Source of the DNA: Blastocatellia bacterium
GTDB lineage: Bacteria > Acidobacteriota > Blastocatellia > UBA7656
Reading direction: 5' to 3'
DNA: 64,000 nucleotides
Assembly (NCBI GenBank): GCA_045807725.1
Contig: JBJMGV010000115.1
Span: 452-64,451, forward strand
The notes below the pieces were generated by a model, which ran no database searches, was not told the DNA's origin, and worked only from the letters and a program-made list of their open reading frames with translations. How positions within the stretch are numbered: the first letter of the stretch is position 1; each line of letters starts with the position of its first letter. The translations under genes were made by a program, and so were the position numbers. Shown piece after piece: positions 48,174-59,200 of this stretch.

Positions 48174-48442
48174 CCCCGCCCCCTTACCTGCGCCTGCAAC
48201 CGAGCATCGCCGAACCTCTGCTCATCTGGTTTAGCCTGCCGACAACGCGCCGTGCGCGCCGGTCATCCCATTGGTGCACCAAAAAGTGTGGACTGAGACG
48301 GAAAGGGGTGCAAGAAGATGCGCGCAAATTCTCACCGGAAAGCTAACTCTGCAAATAGCATAAGTTATTGCGCGCATTGTTGTGGAACAACGCTTGCCCT
48401 TGATAAGGGCGGACGACCGGATTGCCTCCCTTTGGAGGAGGA

Positions 48443-48631
48443 ATGAAAAAGGGTTTATGCAGGCTGACGTTGAGTGGTATGCTTATGTCGGCTTTGGTCG
48501 GCGGGCAGGTCTTTCTTGAAGAAAAAGACCGGAAAGAGAAGATGCAAATCATCGCCGTCGAAAAGAAAGAGCGCGACAAATCGGGCAGCGGCGAAGCCAA
48601 GCAGAGGCGTTCAGGAGATCACAAACCGTAG
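48443..48631 (+). CDS. Small secreted peptide (signal peptide plus Lys/Glu-rich tail)
   Basis: GGAGGAGG RBS. MKKGLCRLTLSGMLMSALVGG signal-like N-terminus. 62 aa. Confidence 0.4.
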   Translation: MKKGLCRLTLSGMLMSALVGGQVFLEEKDRKEKMQIIAVEKKERDKSGSGEAKQRRSGDHKP

Positions 48632-48653
48632 GGTGTTCGGGAAGGGCGCAGTC

Positions 48654-48872
48654 ATGAAGAAAGTAGTCTTAGCCATCATCCTCTCGCTGTCCGGCGCACT
48701 GACGCTCGGCGTATGGCCGGTTGCCACTCCTGCCGTGTATGCGCAGAAGAGGGACGACCGGAAGAAAGACCCGCCCGGCCCGCCCGTGCAGAAGGACAAG
48801 GGGGGCGACAAGCGCCCCAAAGAGCCGCCTCCCAAGCGCAGGCCGCCTGATGGGGCCGCCGCACTTTTCTAA
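48654..48872 (+). CDS. Small secreted peptide (signal peptide plus Pro/Lys-rich basic tail)
   Basis: MKKVVLAIILSLSGALTLGVWPVATPAVYA then KRDDRKKDPPGPPVQKDKGGDKRPKEPPPKRRPP. 72 aa. The stop is followed directly by a 21-bp hairpin. Confidence 0.45.
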   Translation: MKKVVLAIILSLSGALTLGVWPVATPAVYAQKRDDRKKDPPGPPVQKDKGGDKRPKEPPPKRRPPDGAAALF

Positions 48873-48917
48873 GCGAAAGAGCGCGATTCGTTGAGAAACG
48901 AATCGCGCTCTTTCGCT
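48872..48917. terminator. Perfect 21-bp stem / 4-nt loop bidirectional terminator between convergent genes
   Basis: agcgaaagagcgcgattcgtt-gaga-aacgaatcgcgctctttcgct, preceded by ttttct. Confidence 0.7.
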
Positions 48918-48961
48918 ATTACATCAGCAATTCTCAGTAATGCGCCTGTTCTATCTGCGGC

Positions 48962-50986
48962 TCACTTCGCGGGTCGCTGGAGGATTTCCGCCAGGGCCTG
49001 CAATCGCTTCGAGTCTGCCGCATTCTTAGTCGTTCGGGCGCTCTCTTTCAGCGCTCGCGCGAAGCCCTGAAGTTTTGCCATCTCTGTTCGATTCAGGTGT
49101 GAACTCTCCGCGCTTTGAATCTCCTTCCGCACGGCGGCGATTTGATCTGCCGGCAGAGCCTGTGATCGCTCCAACTGATCCAGATAAGCCTTGGCCACTA
49201 CCAACTGAGCCGGCCACTCAATCCTTTGCTGGTTCTGCACGTTGAGTTCAGCCACTTGCACCGTTTTCGCGGCATCGATCTCATTCTGGGTCAAAAACCT
49301 GCTCGGGCTTAGTTCCAGGATGTCCAGCCCGCGAGCGATCTCCGAAGCGTAGATGTGACCGTTGTACCAGTAGGCGGACCATTCGCCTCCCAGTACAAGC
49401 ATATGTGGATCAATTGGCCCACGGTCGAAATAGGCAATTTCAACCGGATGCTCCGCGTCGGTAAAGTCCATAACCGAGATGCCACCCTGGTACCAGGCTT
49501 GCACTTCTATATCCCGGCCAGGAACGGGAATGAGCGAACCGTTGTGTGCCACACAATTCTCGGTGTCGCCCTGTGCGGCTGGCAACTTGAAGTAGTTCGA
49601 GAAATGCAGCTTGTTATTCTCCAAACGAAACAGCGCGTCAGCGCCCCATTTGTTCGGATCGTTGGGACGGCAACGCGCACCCAGTCCTCCGCCCCACTCA
49701 TCGGTGAAGACGACCTTTTTTCCATCGTTTGAAAACGAGGCCGAGTGCCAATATGAATAGTTCGGATCATTGACGGCGTCCAGACGCTTCGGATGCACGG
49801 GATCTTTTATGTCCAGCAAGATTCCATTGCCGGAGCAAGCGCCGGCGGCCAAGCCAATCGACGAGTACACGGTAATATCGTGACACTGGTCGGTGTCGGC
49901 TGGCTTCTCCGCGCCCTCTTTGCCATGGGTGCCGCCGTTGCTCAAGCCGTTGAGTGCGTTCGTGCGGGGATCGATGAACACACGAGGGCTGTTTACAACC
50001 TTGGAATCCTGCGGCGCATCCAGCGGAACTTTGATTACATCAATGCGAAACAGCGACGTGTTCGGGTCTTTATCCGGTGCTTCACCCGAGCACCCGGCCA
50101 ACTCTTCACTTTGACGCACGAACGATGTGCCGGATACATAGATATAGACGTTGTTCTTATCCTTCGGATCGACGACAAGCGTATGGGTGTGCGAGCCACG
50201 GCACGTTTGCACAGCGGCAATCTGCTTGGGACTTCTGATGTCGGATATATCGAAAATTCTCACGCCACGGAACCGCTCTTTTTGCGGCGCGGGGATATGG
50301 GGTTTGTTCTCCTGGCCGGGGGGCGGCGGAGGTGCTGGAGGAAATCCCTGTACGCCGCAATCGAGGCGGCCATTTGGCTGCTCGACCGACATAAACATCA
50401 AGTTCTTGTAAACCGACACATCCCCCTGTCCACCCGGACAAACCATCGACGTCAACAACTGGGCTTTCGTCGGGTTGGAGATGTCATAGATATTGACGCC
50501 ATAAAAATTACCCTGGAACAGGTAGTGCCCCTGGAAGGCGAGGTCCGAGTTTGCAAACGCCAGTTGAGCAATAACCACTTGCATCGGCTTAGGCATCTTC
50601 GAGGGATCGGCAACGCCGAGCAGCTTTAAGGTCTTCTGAATTTTTGGATTATTCGGATCAAAATCGAGTTGAAACGCATCTGGTTTCTTGAGGAGCAGAA
50701 GGTGCTTCATGCCGAGCGCGGCTTCTCCTGCGTCGAATAATCCCGGTTTCAGTTTGGCGCGCGGGTCGTTGGCATCTGAGCCGGTCATGCCGGCGGGGAG
50801 CGGCGGCGCTGGCTCAGGGGCAAATGGATCATCCCCTGCTTTCTTTTGGTCAGGTGTAGCGTTTGCAGCCTTCGTTGACCCCTGAGATGCAGGCGTTTGC
50901 GCCTGCATCTGGCCGGCAAAACACGACCATAAAAGAAGGGAGCCTACGAGTAAACGGAAAGCCATGGAATGTGCTCGACTCATCAT
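48962..50986 (-). CDS. Secreted beta-propeller-like protein (possibly LVIVD-repeat family) with C-terminal coiled-coil
   Basis: Signal peptide. Repetitive beta-strand-rich core. Gly/Pro-rich segment PPAPPPPPGQ. The family assignment is tentative. Confidence 0.45.
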   Translation of the reverse strand: MMSRAHSMAFRLLVGSLLLWSCFAGQMQAQTPASQGSTKAANATPDQKKAGDDPFAPEPAPPLPAGMTGSDANDPRAKLKPGLFDAGEAALGMKHLLLLKKPDAFQLDFDPNNPKIQKTLKLLGVADPSKMPKPMQVVIAQLAFANSDLAFQGHYLFQGNFYGVNIYDISNPTKAQLLTSMVCPGGQGDVSVYKNLMFMSVEQPNGRLDCGVQGFPPAPPPPPGQENKPHIPAPQKERFRGVRIFDISDIRSPKQIAAVQTCRGSHTHTLVVDPKDKNNVYIYVSGTSFVRQSEELAGCSGEAPDKDPNTSLFRIDVIKVPLDAPQDSKVVNSPRVFIDPRTNALNGLSNGGTHGKEGAEKPADTDQCHDITVYSSIGLAAGACSGNGILLDIKDPVHPKRLDAVNDPNYSYWHSASFSNDGKKVVFTDEWGGGLGARCRPNDPNKWGADALFRLENNKLHFSNYFKLPAAQGDTENCVAHNGSLIPVPGRDIEVQAWYQGGISVMDFTDAEHPVEIAYFDRGPIDPHMLVLGGEWSAYWYNGHIYASEIARGLDILELSPSRFLTQNEIDAAKTVQVAELNVQNQQRIEWPAQLVVAKAYLDQLERSQALPADQIAAVRKEIQSAESSHLNRTEMAKLQGFARALKESARTTKNAADSKRLQALAEILQRPAK

Positions 50987-51789
50987 TTCTCCTTAAAAGG
51001 GTTTCTCTCCAACATGTTTTGCATGATCCTGATTTCGGCGCGCTGGCCGCTATCGACATCGGTTGCGAAGTTGAATAATTCAGCGTCCTGTCCTGCACCC
51101 GCAGTATCAAACAAATTTTTCACCATGGTCAAAGCGCCGCCGTGATGCTGAATCATCCCTGTCAGAAACAGATGGTCGAACTCCTCGCCTTTGCTATTCC
51201 TGAGCGCCTCCATCTGCTCCGGGCTAAGCATGCCCGGCATAAGCGCCATCGGCTCGTGTGACATCTTCGTGTGGTCCATGTCCGACATCTTCATGTGGTC
51301 CATGCCCGGCATCGCCTCTGATACTGATTGTCCACGGGACACTAACCATCGTTTCATGAACTTCATCTCATCGGACTGCGATCTGCTGATTCGCGCCCCC
51401 AGCGACCTCAGGTCCTTGTTCTCAGTATGCGATTCGATCAGCGCAGTCATCTCAACCGCCTGCGCGTGATGCATTATCATACCTTGCATGAACTGCACAT
51501 CCGCCGGAGAGGCTGGCGGCAGTGTAGCCCTCGTCGTCGGGGGAAGCGTCCGCGTCGGTTTCCCTGGCGCACCGGGTTGGACCAAGACCGGTGGCGATGG
51601 TGCAGTCTGTTGTGCGCAGACACGTAAAGAGAACAGACTTGCGAGAATACCCGCTACCGCAAGCACGCATAAGCACGCCGCAACGCTTGATACAACCCGA
51701 ATCTCCCAGGTGCACCTAACATAGATAGGTCTCACATGCCGTAAAAAGGTAAACATTGTAAGGCTCACATTATCATATTCAGCGGGCAC
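50983..51789 (-). CDS. DUF305 family protein (Met/His-rich, copper-resistance associated)
   Basis: Two HH motifs (MIMHHAQAVEM, MIQHHGGALTM). Met/His-rich spacer MPGMDHMKMSDMDHTKMSHEPM. Signal peptide. Confidence 0.7.
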   Translation of the reverse strand: MPAEYDNVSLTMFTFLRHVRPIYVRCTWEIRVVSSVAACLCVLAVAGILASLFSLRVCAQQTAPSPPVLVQPGAPGKPTRTLPPTTRATLPPASPADVQFMQGMIMHHAQAVEMTALIESHTENKDLRSLGARISRSQSDEMKFMKRWLVSRGQSVSEAMPGMDHMKMSDMDHTKMSHEPMALMPGMLSPEQMEALRNSKGEEFDHLFLTGMIQHHGGALTMVKNLFDTAGAGQDAELFNFATDVDSGQRAEIRIMQNMLERNPFKEK

Positions 51790-52043
51790 CTCATAGTCGC
51801 CTTTGCCGTCAGATGAACTATCTTCTCACTGATTGGCTGTTCAATGATTCTCTTTGGTTAAGCATTACAAAGGTGAAGGTCAGGGAAATCTCTGCGTTGA
51901 TGAACCGTCACTTGCGCGCCCGCAGTTCAACGCCTGCCTTAGGAGTCGAAGCGCCGACAGTTGAACCGCCACTTGAGGTTTAATAGTTCGCCCCAGGCAG
52001 GAACGAAAGGTCGCTTCATGTCCTCCGCTAACTTCAGCGACTG

Positions 52044-52760
52044 TCATTTCTTCCAGGATTCCGCCGATAAGGGCAACTCATTGAGTTCGGCGCGGGCTTC
52101 CCGCCAGGTCGGGTAATGCCGGTCAAGCAAAGCCGTAAAACGATCACTGTGCGTCGGCTCCAGCAGATGCACCATCTCATGAACGATGATGTATTCGAGC
52201 AGGTCTTTCGGTTTCTTCACGAGTTCCGTATTCAGGCGAATGTGGCCGGCGCGGTGGTTGCACCCACCCCAGCGGGTCTTCATTCGCTGAAGAAAGTACC
52301 GCTTCACTTGTACGCCCAGCTTCGCTTCCCACTTTTGGATCAACGCCGGCATCACCTCGTGGAGCAGCGACTTGTGCCACTCGTGCATCACTTCGGCGCG
52401 TTTCTCGGCGCGGGTTCCTGGGCGCACCGTGAGCGTGATGCGTCGGTGGTCAAGGCGAACGCATGGCTTAGCGTCAGCGTAGGCGACCGTCAGCAGGTAG
52501 CGCCGTCCCCAAAGATAATGGCTTTCGCGGGTGATGAACTGCCGGGGTGTCTCGCGCGCCTGATTCCTGAGCTTGCTTTGCTGCTCGCGTATCCAGCCGA
52601 GTTTGCTGATGGCATAGGCGCGGGCAACGTCGAGACGGGTGGCGGTCGGAGCCACTAACGTGACGCGGCCATCGGGCGGATGTACGGAGAGATGGACATG
52701 CTTGATGCCTTTCCTCGTCACCTGTATCGAAAGCTCGCCGATCTGAATCGTCTCGTCCAT
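52044..52760 (-). CDS. YgjP-like (DUF45) M48-family zinc metallopeptidase
   Basis: HEMVHLLEPTHSDRF HExxH motif. Typical companion of type I R-M hsdR genes. Confidence 0.85.
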   Translation of the reverse strand: MDETIQIGELSIQVTRKGIKHVHLSVHPPDGRVTLVAPTATRLDVARAYAISKLGWIREQQSKLRNQARETPRQFITRESHYLWGRRYLLTVAYADAKPCVRLDHRRITLTVRPGTRAEKRAEVMHEWHKSLLHEVMPALIQKWEAKLGVQVKRYFLQRMKTRWGGCNHRAGHIRLNTELVKKPKDLLEYIIVHEMVHLLEPTHSDRFTALLDRHYPTWREARAELNELPLSAESWKK

Positions 52761-54394
52761 CAGTAGCCGGGTTGATTCTTGATGATCTCGAAAATCGCCT
52801 GCGTCGCTTTGCGATCCCGCGACATAAGCGGAAACAGGGCGTTGAGCACTTGCTTCTCGCGCGTCTCGTCACCTTTCCATCCCGCCGGGGCGCGCCCACG
52901 CATAGCCTGATCGAGTCCCAGCGCCAGCTTTGCCTTCTCCTCATCGTCCGCCGGGCACTGAAAGGTCGTCGCGGCAATGCGGCTCAGGTTGTTGAACAGC
53001 ACGATGGCTTCGGCTTTGCCGTGCAGCGCCGCCGGCACGTTGGCGGTCGGCTGTTTCTTTGCCAGTCGCAACGCCAGCGCCTCGGCGTCTTTCAGGAATT
53101 GCTCATAATCCGCCGCGTCGTCGCGCTGCTGCTTGATCAGGTCATCGAGCAGCTTCGACATCTCTTCATAAAATCTGGGGTCGGTCAGTTGGTCGCGGAT
53201 GATCGTCTTGCGGACGTTGTTGATGATGCCTTCGGCGATGGCGTTGTTTGACAGCTTGCCTTTGGCGTTCAGCTTACGAGCGATGGCGTCGTGGATGCCC
53301 GTTCCGATAATCATCTCAGTCAGCGGAAGCCGGCTCAGGCTGCCTAGCTCGGCGGCGGGATCGGCCTGGATGTAGGTGTTGAGCAGGTGTCGCATATCTG
53401 CCTCGTAAGGCTTGATGTCCAGCTCTTCGCCCGAATGCTTTTTGATTGCCGCCCGCGTGTCGGCGTAAAACTGTGTCTCCTTCTCTAGCGCGGCAATCGC
53501 CGCCGCCGAATACCCAACTTCGGCTAGATTCCCCGCCACCTCCGCGTAGGCACGCAAAAAGGTGGCGGTCATCTTGTAAAAAGAGATGCGCAGCGGTTCG
53601 GTCGTATTGAGCGCGTTGGCGTCGTTAGCGTTGCCACAGAAATAGTGTAGGTATTGTTCCATCTCGCGCGGCGGCGGCACCGGCTCGCACAGATGCCTTA
53701 GCGCCTCACGCGCTTCGTCAAGCTGTTTCTTTCCTTCCGTCCGCCAGTCTTTCACGATCACATTGCCGTCATCGCCGCGTTCGTCAACCTCCAGCTCGTC
53801 AGAGTTGTAGACCGCGATGGAGTTCTGCACCTGCTCGAATAATTCCTTGTAATCAACGATGTGACCGTAGGGCTTGTCGTCGCCGTCCAGCCGGTTGGTA
53901 CGGCAGATGGCCTGGAACAGCGTGTGGTCACGCATCTCGTTGTCGAGATAAATGTAGGTGCAGCTCGGCGCGTCAAAGCCGGTCAGCAGCTTGCTCACCA
54001 CGATCAGCAGCTTGCAGTTGGCCGGCTCTTCGATAAAGCGACGCTTCATCTCGTCCTCGTACTGCTTCGTCGTCTGCCTGCCCTTCAACACGTGCTGGGT
54101 GTAGGTGTCGAATTTGTAACGTTCGTCACTGTTGATCGGTTGGCGGGAGATTTCGTTGTGGTTCGGCTCGTAGGAGGTGATGATGCCGCAATACTGCCCG
54201 AAGTAGGTGTTTTGAAAGAGGCGAAAATAATGGCAGGCGTCATAGATCGAAGCCGCCACCAAAATTGCCGTGCCCCGGTCGTCATTTAGGCGCGGCCTCC
54301 GTTTGAAATCCTTGATGATGTCGGCAATGATGCGCTGCTTACGCTCTTGAGAACTCATCAACTCTTCCATCGTCGCCCAACGCCGTCGCAGCAC
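52760..54394 (-). pseudogene. hsdR: Type I restriction enzyme R subunit, 5'-truncated (helicase domain 2 plus C-terminal region only)
   Basis: Begins in helicase motif IV-VI region (LLIVVSKLLTGFDAP, QAICRTNR). No restriction-endonuclease domain and no Walker A helicase domain 1. Upstream sequence is an hsdS fragment instead. Confidence 0.75.
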
Positions 54395-54735
54395 GGCGCG
54401 TTGAAAGGCTTTTCAGGAACTAGACTGACTTGCCCAAGTGTTCCTCGTTGCGTGAAGACAATGTCTCCCGGACGAGCAAGGTTCGCTTCGAGCAACTTGG
54501 CTTTTTTAGTAGTCACGAAGACGAATGCGCCGGAAACCCACTGCCCACTCATATTCTGTCCGCGAATGACTGGAACACCGTCATCCACATAATCGGCTGA
54601 TACGAGGTCTGACCCGAACGGCCCACCTACAATTGCGTTGCGCGCTGATGAAGCGATGCTACGGACATTCGTGCATTCCCACTCTTCTGGAATCACGCCC
54701 ACTTCGGTCTGCTTGTAGCCGGGTTTCAATTCCAT
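54358..54735 (-). pseudogene. hsdS: Type I R-M specificity subunit, 3'-truncated (N-terminal conserved region plus part of first target-recognition domain)
   Basis: MELKPGYKQTEVGVIPEEWEC..., a typical HsdS N-terminus. Its ATG overlaps the hsdM stop (ATGGAATTGA). Only about 125 aa; a full HsdS is about 400 aa. Confidence 0.7.
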
Positions 54736-56252
54736 ACCGCCCCCATCTTCTTCAGGTGTTCGTCCACGCGGGCGGCGAGGACTTCGACTTCCTCGACGAG
54801 TAGCGGCAGCGGCGTGGCGTAGCGTTCGGCAAGCTCGCGGATGCGCCCGGTCAGCGTTTGCGAGACGCGATCCAGTTCGCCCTGCACGGCGGCGGCGAGC
54901 GCGGCCAGCCATTTGTCATCCACTACCAGCCGCTTGATCTCGTCTCCGGTAAGCAATGGATATTTGGCCGCGACCGCCGCCGTCAGCTTGTCCTGCGCCT
55001 GCCAGAGTTTGTCCGCCGGCGCGGCTTCCTGCTCGACGAGGGCAAGGTAACGCTCCAGCATCCGGCGCTCGTCGTCGGCCTCGGCGCTGGCTTTCGGGTC
55101 ACGTTTAGCTTCCTTCTGTATTTCCTTCAGGCGAGCGGTGACGTTCACACGGGTGAGCTTGCCCTTGTCGTTCAGGGCTTCGGCTAACAAGCCGTCTTCG
55201 CCGCCGTGTTCTTCTGCGAGGTCTTCGATCTGCTGCTGAAGCGCGGCAACGTCGGCTTCGAGCTTTTCAATCGCGGCCTGTTCGCCGGCAAAGTAATGGG
55301 CGATGACGAGCGCGGGCGGAATCAGCTCGGCCTGATACTTCTTCTTGCCGATGACGAAATCGGGCCGCGCCCTGGCCTTCTTGCTCTTATCCTCAACGAT
55401 CAGCCGGGGCTGGGCGGCATCATTCCAGTCGTCGGCGGCGATCAAATAACAATCGTCCTGCATCGTCTCGGCCCAATAATCCATCAGGTGTTGATACACG
55501 TCGTAGGCATCCAGCAGCGGCGCGCGTTTGAAGGCGGCGAGCAAATCCTCGGCGATGCTTTCGATGAGCGCCTTCGGGTGGCCGCCTTTGCCGAAGCCTT
55601 TGAGTGGCGGCGTGTTCTTCTCTTGCCACTCGGCGAACAGTTGCGTCACCGTGATGTTGAAGGCGGCGAACTCGGTATGTCCGAAGATGGCTTGCTTGAG
55701 TTGCGTGTGGTCAGTGGCGAGTTGATAGTAACCGGGGCGCAACGGCTGAAGCAGCGCCGCGCGGACGCCGGGGATGACCTGCCAGTAACGGTCGAGCGCA
55801 TCAAGGTCGCGCGCCGGGATGCCGCCGCGCAGGTGGCCGTCAATGTCCTGAATGTCTTCCGGCTCGGCGCTGTCAATGTAACGCGGCAGGTTGAGATTGT
55901 AAGCGTTTTTCGGGTCGGCGATTTCATCCATCGGCACCATCCGCGAATAGCGCGGCACATCGATCAGCCGTGCAAAGGTGTCTACGATGCGGTGAATGTC
56001 CTGCTCGCGCAATCGGTTCTTGTTGCCGTCTTTGATGAAGCCACGGCTCGCGTCAATCATAAAAATTCCACGGCGGGCAGCGGCGTTTTCTTTGTCGAGC
56101 ACGAGGATGCAAGCGGGAATGCCGGTGCCGTAAAACAGGTTGGCCGGTAGCCCGATGATGCCTTTCAGATAGCCGGAATTGAAGGCAAGCCAGCCGCATT
56201 TCTTCGAATATCTCCAGGCTCTATAATGAAATCCGCCCAGAGAGATTGACCT
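54726..56252 (-). pseudogene. hsdM: Type I R-M methyltransferase subunit, 5'-truncated (lacks the SAM-binding catalytic N-terminus)
   Basis: The ORF begins at ...GIIGLPANLFYGTGIPACILVLDKENAAARRGIFMIDAS (end of the MTase domain) and continues with the HsdM C-terminal region. The frame is open, with no start, right up to the czcA stop codon 150 nt upstream. Motifs I and IV are absent. Confidence 0.7.
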
Positions 56253-59200
56253 TTACTCAGCAGCCTTTTCGGCTCTACGGGCGGCGCGGCGCTCTACCCA
56301 CTCGTATACCATTGGTAGAATCACGATCTTGAGCGGGCGCGTCACCAGTCCGCCGACCACTACGATTGCTAAAGGCTTCTCGATTTCGGCTCCGGTTCCC
56401 GAAGAGATAATGAAGGGGATGAGGCTGATACTGCCGATCAAGGCGCTCAACAACTCGGCCCGCAAACGCACGCTCGCACCCGTAATCACGGCGTCATCGA
56501 GACTCATGCCGCCATCGCGGAGCTTGTTGATGTAAGACACCATCACCATGCCGTTCTGCACCGCAACGCCGAACACTGCAATGAATCCGACAATCGCCGG
56601 CACGCTCAACGGGAAACCTGAGATCAGCAAAAAGGTCGTGCTGCCGACCAGCGCGATGGGAATGTTGAAGATGATCGTCAGTGTGTTGCGCAGCGAATTG
56701 AAGCAAGCATAGATCAGCACAAACACCAACAACAGTGAAATCGGTATAGCAATCAACAAGCGGTGAACCGCCTGTTGTTCGTTCTCGAATTGACCGCCCC
56801 AGGTGATGAAGTATCCAGGCGGAATCTTGACCTGGCTGGCTACCTTTTGTTGCGCATCGTGAACGAAGCTGCCGATGTCGCGCCCCTTAACATTGCACAT
56901 CACGACGATGCGGCGCAGCGAGTTCTCGCGGCTGACAATCGATTCGCCGCTCGACAACTTGAACGTCGCCAACTGGCCGAGCGGTATGCGTCCGCCGACC
57001 GGCGCGGTGATCAAAATATCGTTGAGCTTTTCAACCTGATTGCGAAAGTCTTCCTGCAAGCGAACGAAGATGGCAAAGCGGCGCTGGCCTTCGAGCACGT
57101 CGGTGGCTTCGTCGCCGCCGATGGCGATCTTGACGACTTCGAGCACGTCAGCGATGTTCAATCCGTAGCGGGCGATCTTATCGCGTTCCAGCGCAATCTC
57201 CAGATGTTCTTCGCCCGCGACCTGCTCGACGGCGAGGTCCTCGACGCCGTGAGTATCTGACATCGCATCGCGAATCGCTTCGGCGGTCCTGGTCAAGGTC
57301 TCCTGATCCTCACCGAAAATCTTCACGGCAATCTGCGCGTTGATGCCCGATATGAGTTCGTCGTTGCGGGTCTGGATGACCTGCGAAAAGTTGAATTTGA
57401 CGCCGGGAAATCCTTCGACTCGGTGGCGCATAGCATCAACCAGTTCGTCTTTGGTCTTTGCGGTTGTCCACTTCTCTTTAGGTTTCAGGCGGACATACAA
57501 TTCGTCATTGCTGACACTCTCAGGGTCGCCGCCAAGTTCGGCGCGTCCGATCTTGGCAACAATCGTCTCAACTTCAGGAAACTCGCGCAGCGACTTCTCA
57601 ATCTGCGATGAAACTTCGATGGCGCGCGTCAGCGAGATGCTTGCCGGCATCGTCGCTCGCACCAGCATATTGCCTTCGTCAATTGTCGGCAGAAATTCGC
57701 TGCCGAGTATAAAGCCCTCAGCAACGCTCCAGAGGATTAATCCAATGGCGATGAGGATGGTGACATAGCGGTGCGCGATGGTCCACTTGAGCACCGGAAC
57801 GTAAATGCCTTTGATGAATTTGATGATCGGATTGGCGCGCGGCTCGCCCCTCTTCAGCCGCAACCACATGGCGCAGAGCATCGGCGCGATGCACAGGGCC
57901 ATCAACATCGAGCCGATCATCGAGAAGGTGACGGCATAGGCGAGCGGCTTGAACAACTTGCCTTCGATGCCCTGTAAAGTGAAGACCGGAAAGAAGACGG
58001 CGACGATGATGAGAATGGCGAAAAACATGGGTCTGCCGATTTCCTGAGCGGCGACCAGTATGGCTTCGCGCGTCGAGTGTTCGCGGTGCTCCTCCAGGTG
58101 GCGGTAGATGTTTTCAACCATCACCACCGTCGCATCGACCATCATACCGATGCTGATGGCCAGGCCGCCGAGCGAGGTGAGGTTTGCCGAAAGCCCTGAG
58201 TACCACATCAGGATGAAGGCCACCAGCATGCAAAACGGGATGGCGGCGGCGGTGATCAGCGAACTGCGAAAATCGCCGAGCAGCAAGAGCAGGATCAACA
58301 GCACCAGCGCTTCGCCTTCAATCAACGATTCGACCACCGTGTGGATGCTGTTATCGACCAACTCCGATTGATCGTAATAATCGACGATGCTGACGCCTTC
58401 GGGCAGCGCCTTGTTAATCTCGGTAACTTTTTCCTTGACCCGCTCGATCACCTGCTTGGTGTTTTCGTTGATGCGCTTGAGAACGATGCCGGTGACGATT
58501 TCGCCGTGGCCGTCCTTGGTGACCGCGCCCTGGCGCATCTCGTTGCCGATTTCGACACTGGCAACGTCGCTGACGCGGATCGGCGTGCCGTTGCGTGAAT
58601 CGAGCACGATGTTTTTGATATCTTGAATGTCCTTGACTAGCCCGATGCCGCGAACGATGTACTGCTCGTCGCCGTGCTCAAGGAAGTTCGCGCCGGCGTT
58701 CTGATTGTTCGCTTGAACAGCCTCGAAGAGCGCTTTGAGCGAGATGTTGTAATTGACCAGCGCCTGCTGATTGGCGATGACCTGATACTGTTTAACGTCG
58801 CCGCCGAAGCTCAACACATCGGCGACGCCGGGCACTGTGCGTAGTTGCAGTTTGACGATCCAGTCCTGAATCGTGCGCAGTTCCTGTATGCTCTTGCCGC
58901 GCCCGGCGATTTCGTAAAGATAAATCTGTCCGGTGCCGGTGGTGATCGGCCCCATCTGCGGTTCAAAGCCCGCCGGGATGCGATCCTTGGCGAGCGAGAG
59001 CCGCTCAAGCACCTGCTGGCGGGCGAAGTAGATGTCGATGTCATCGCTAAAATAGACCGTCACCACCGACAGACCGAACTTGGAATCTGATAGCACCCGC
59101 ACCACTCCCGAAATCCCGTTCATGACGTTTTCGATGGGAAAGGTGATGAGTTGCTCGACTTCCTGTGGAGCCAGACCCTGCGCCTCTGTGTCGATCTCTA

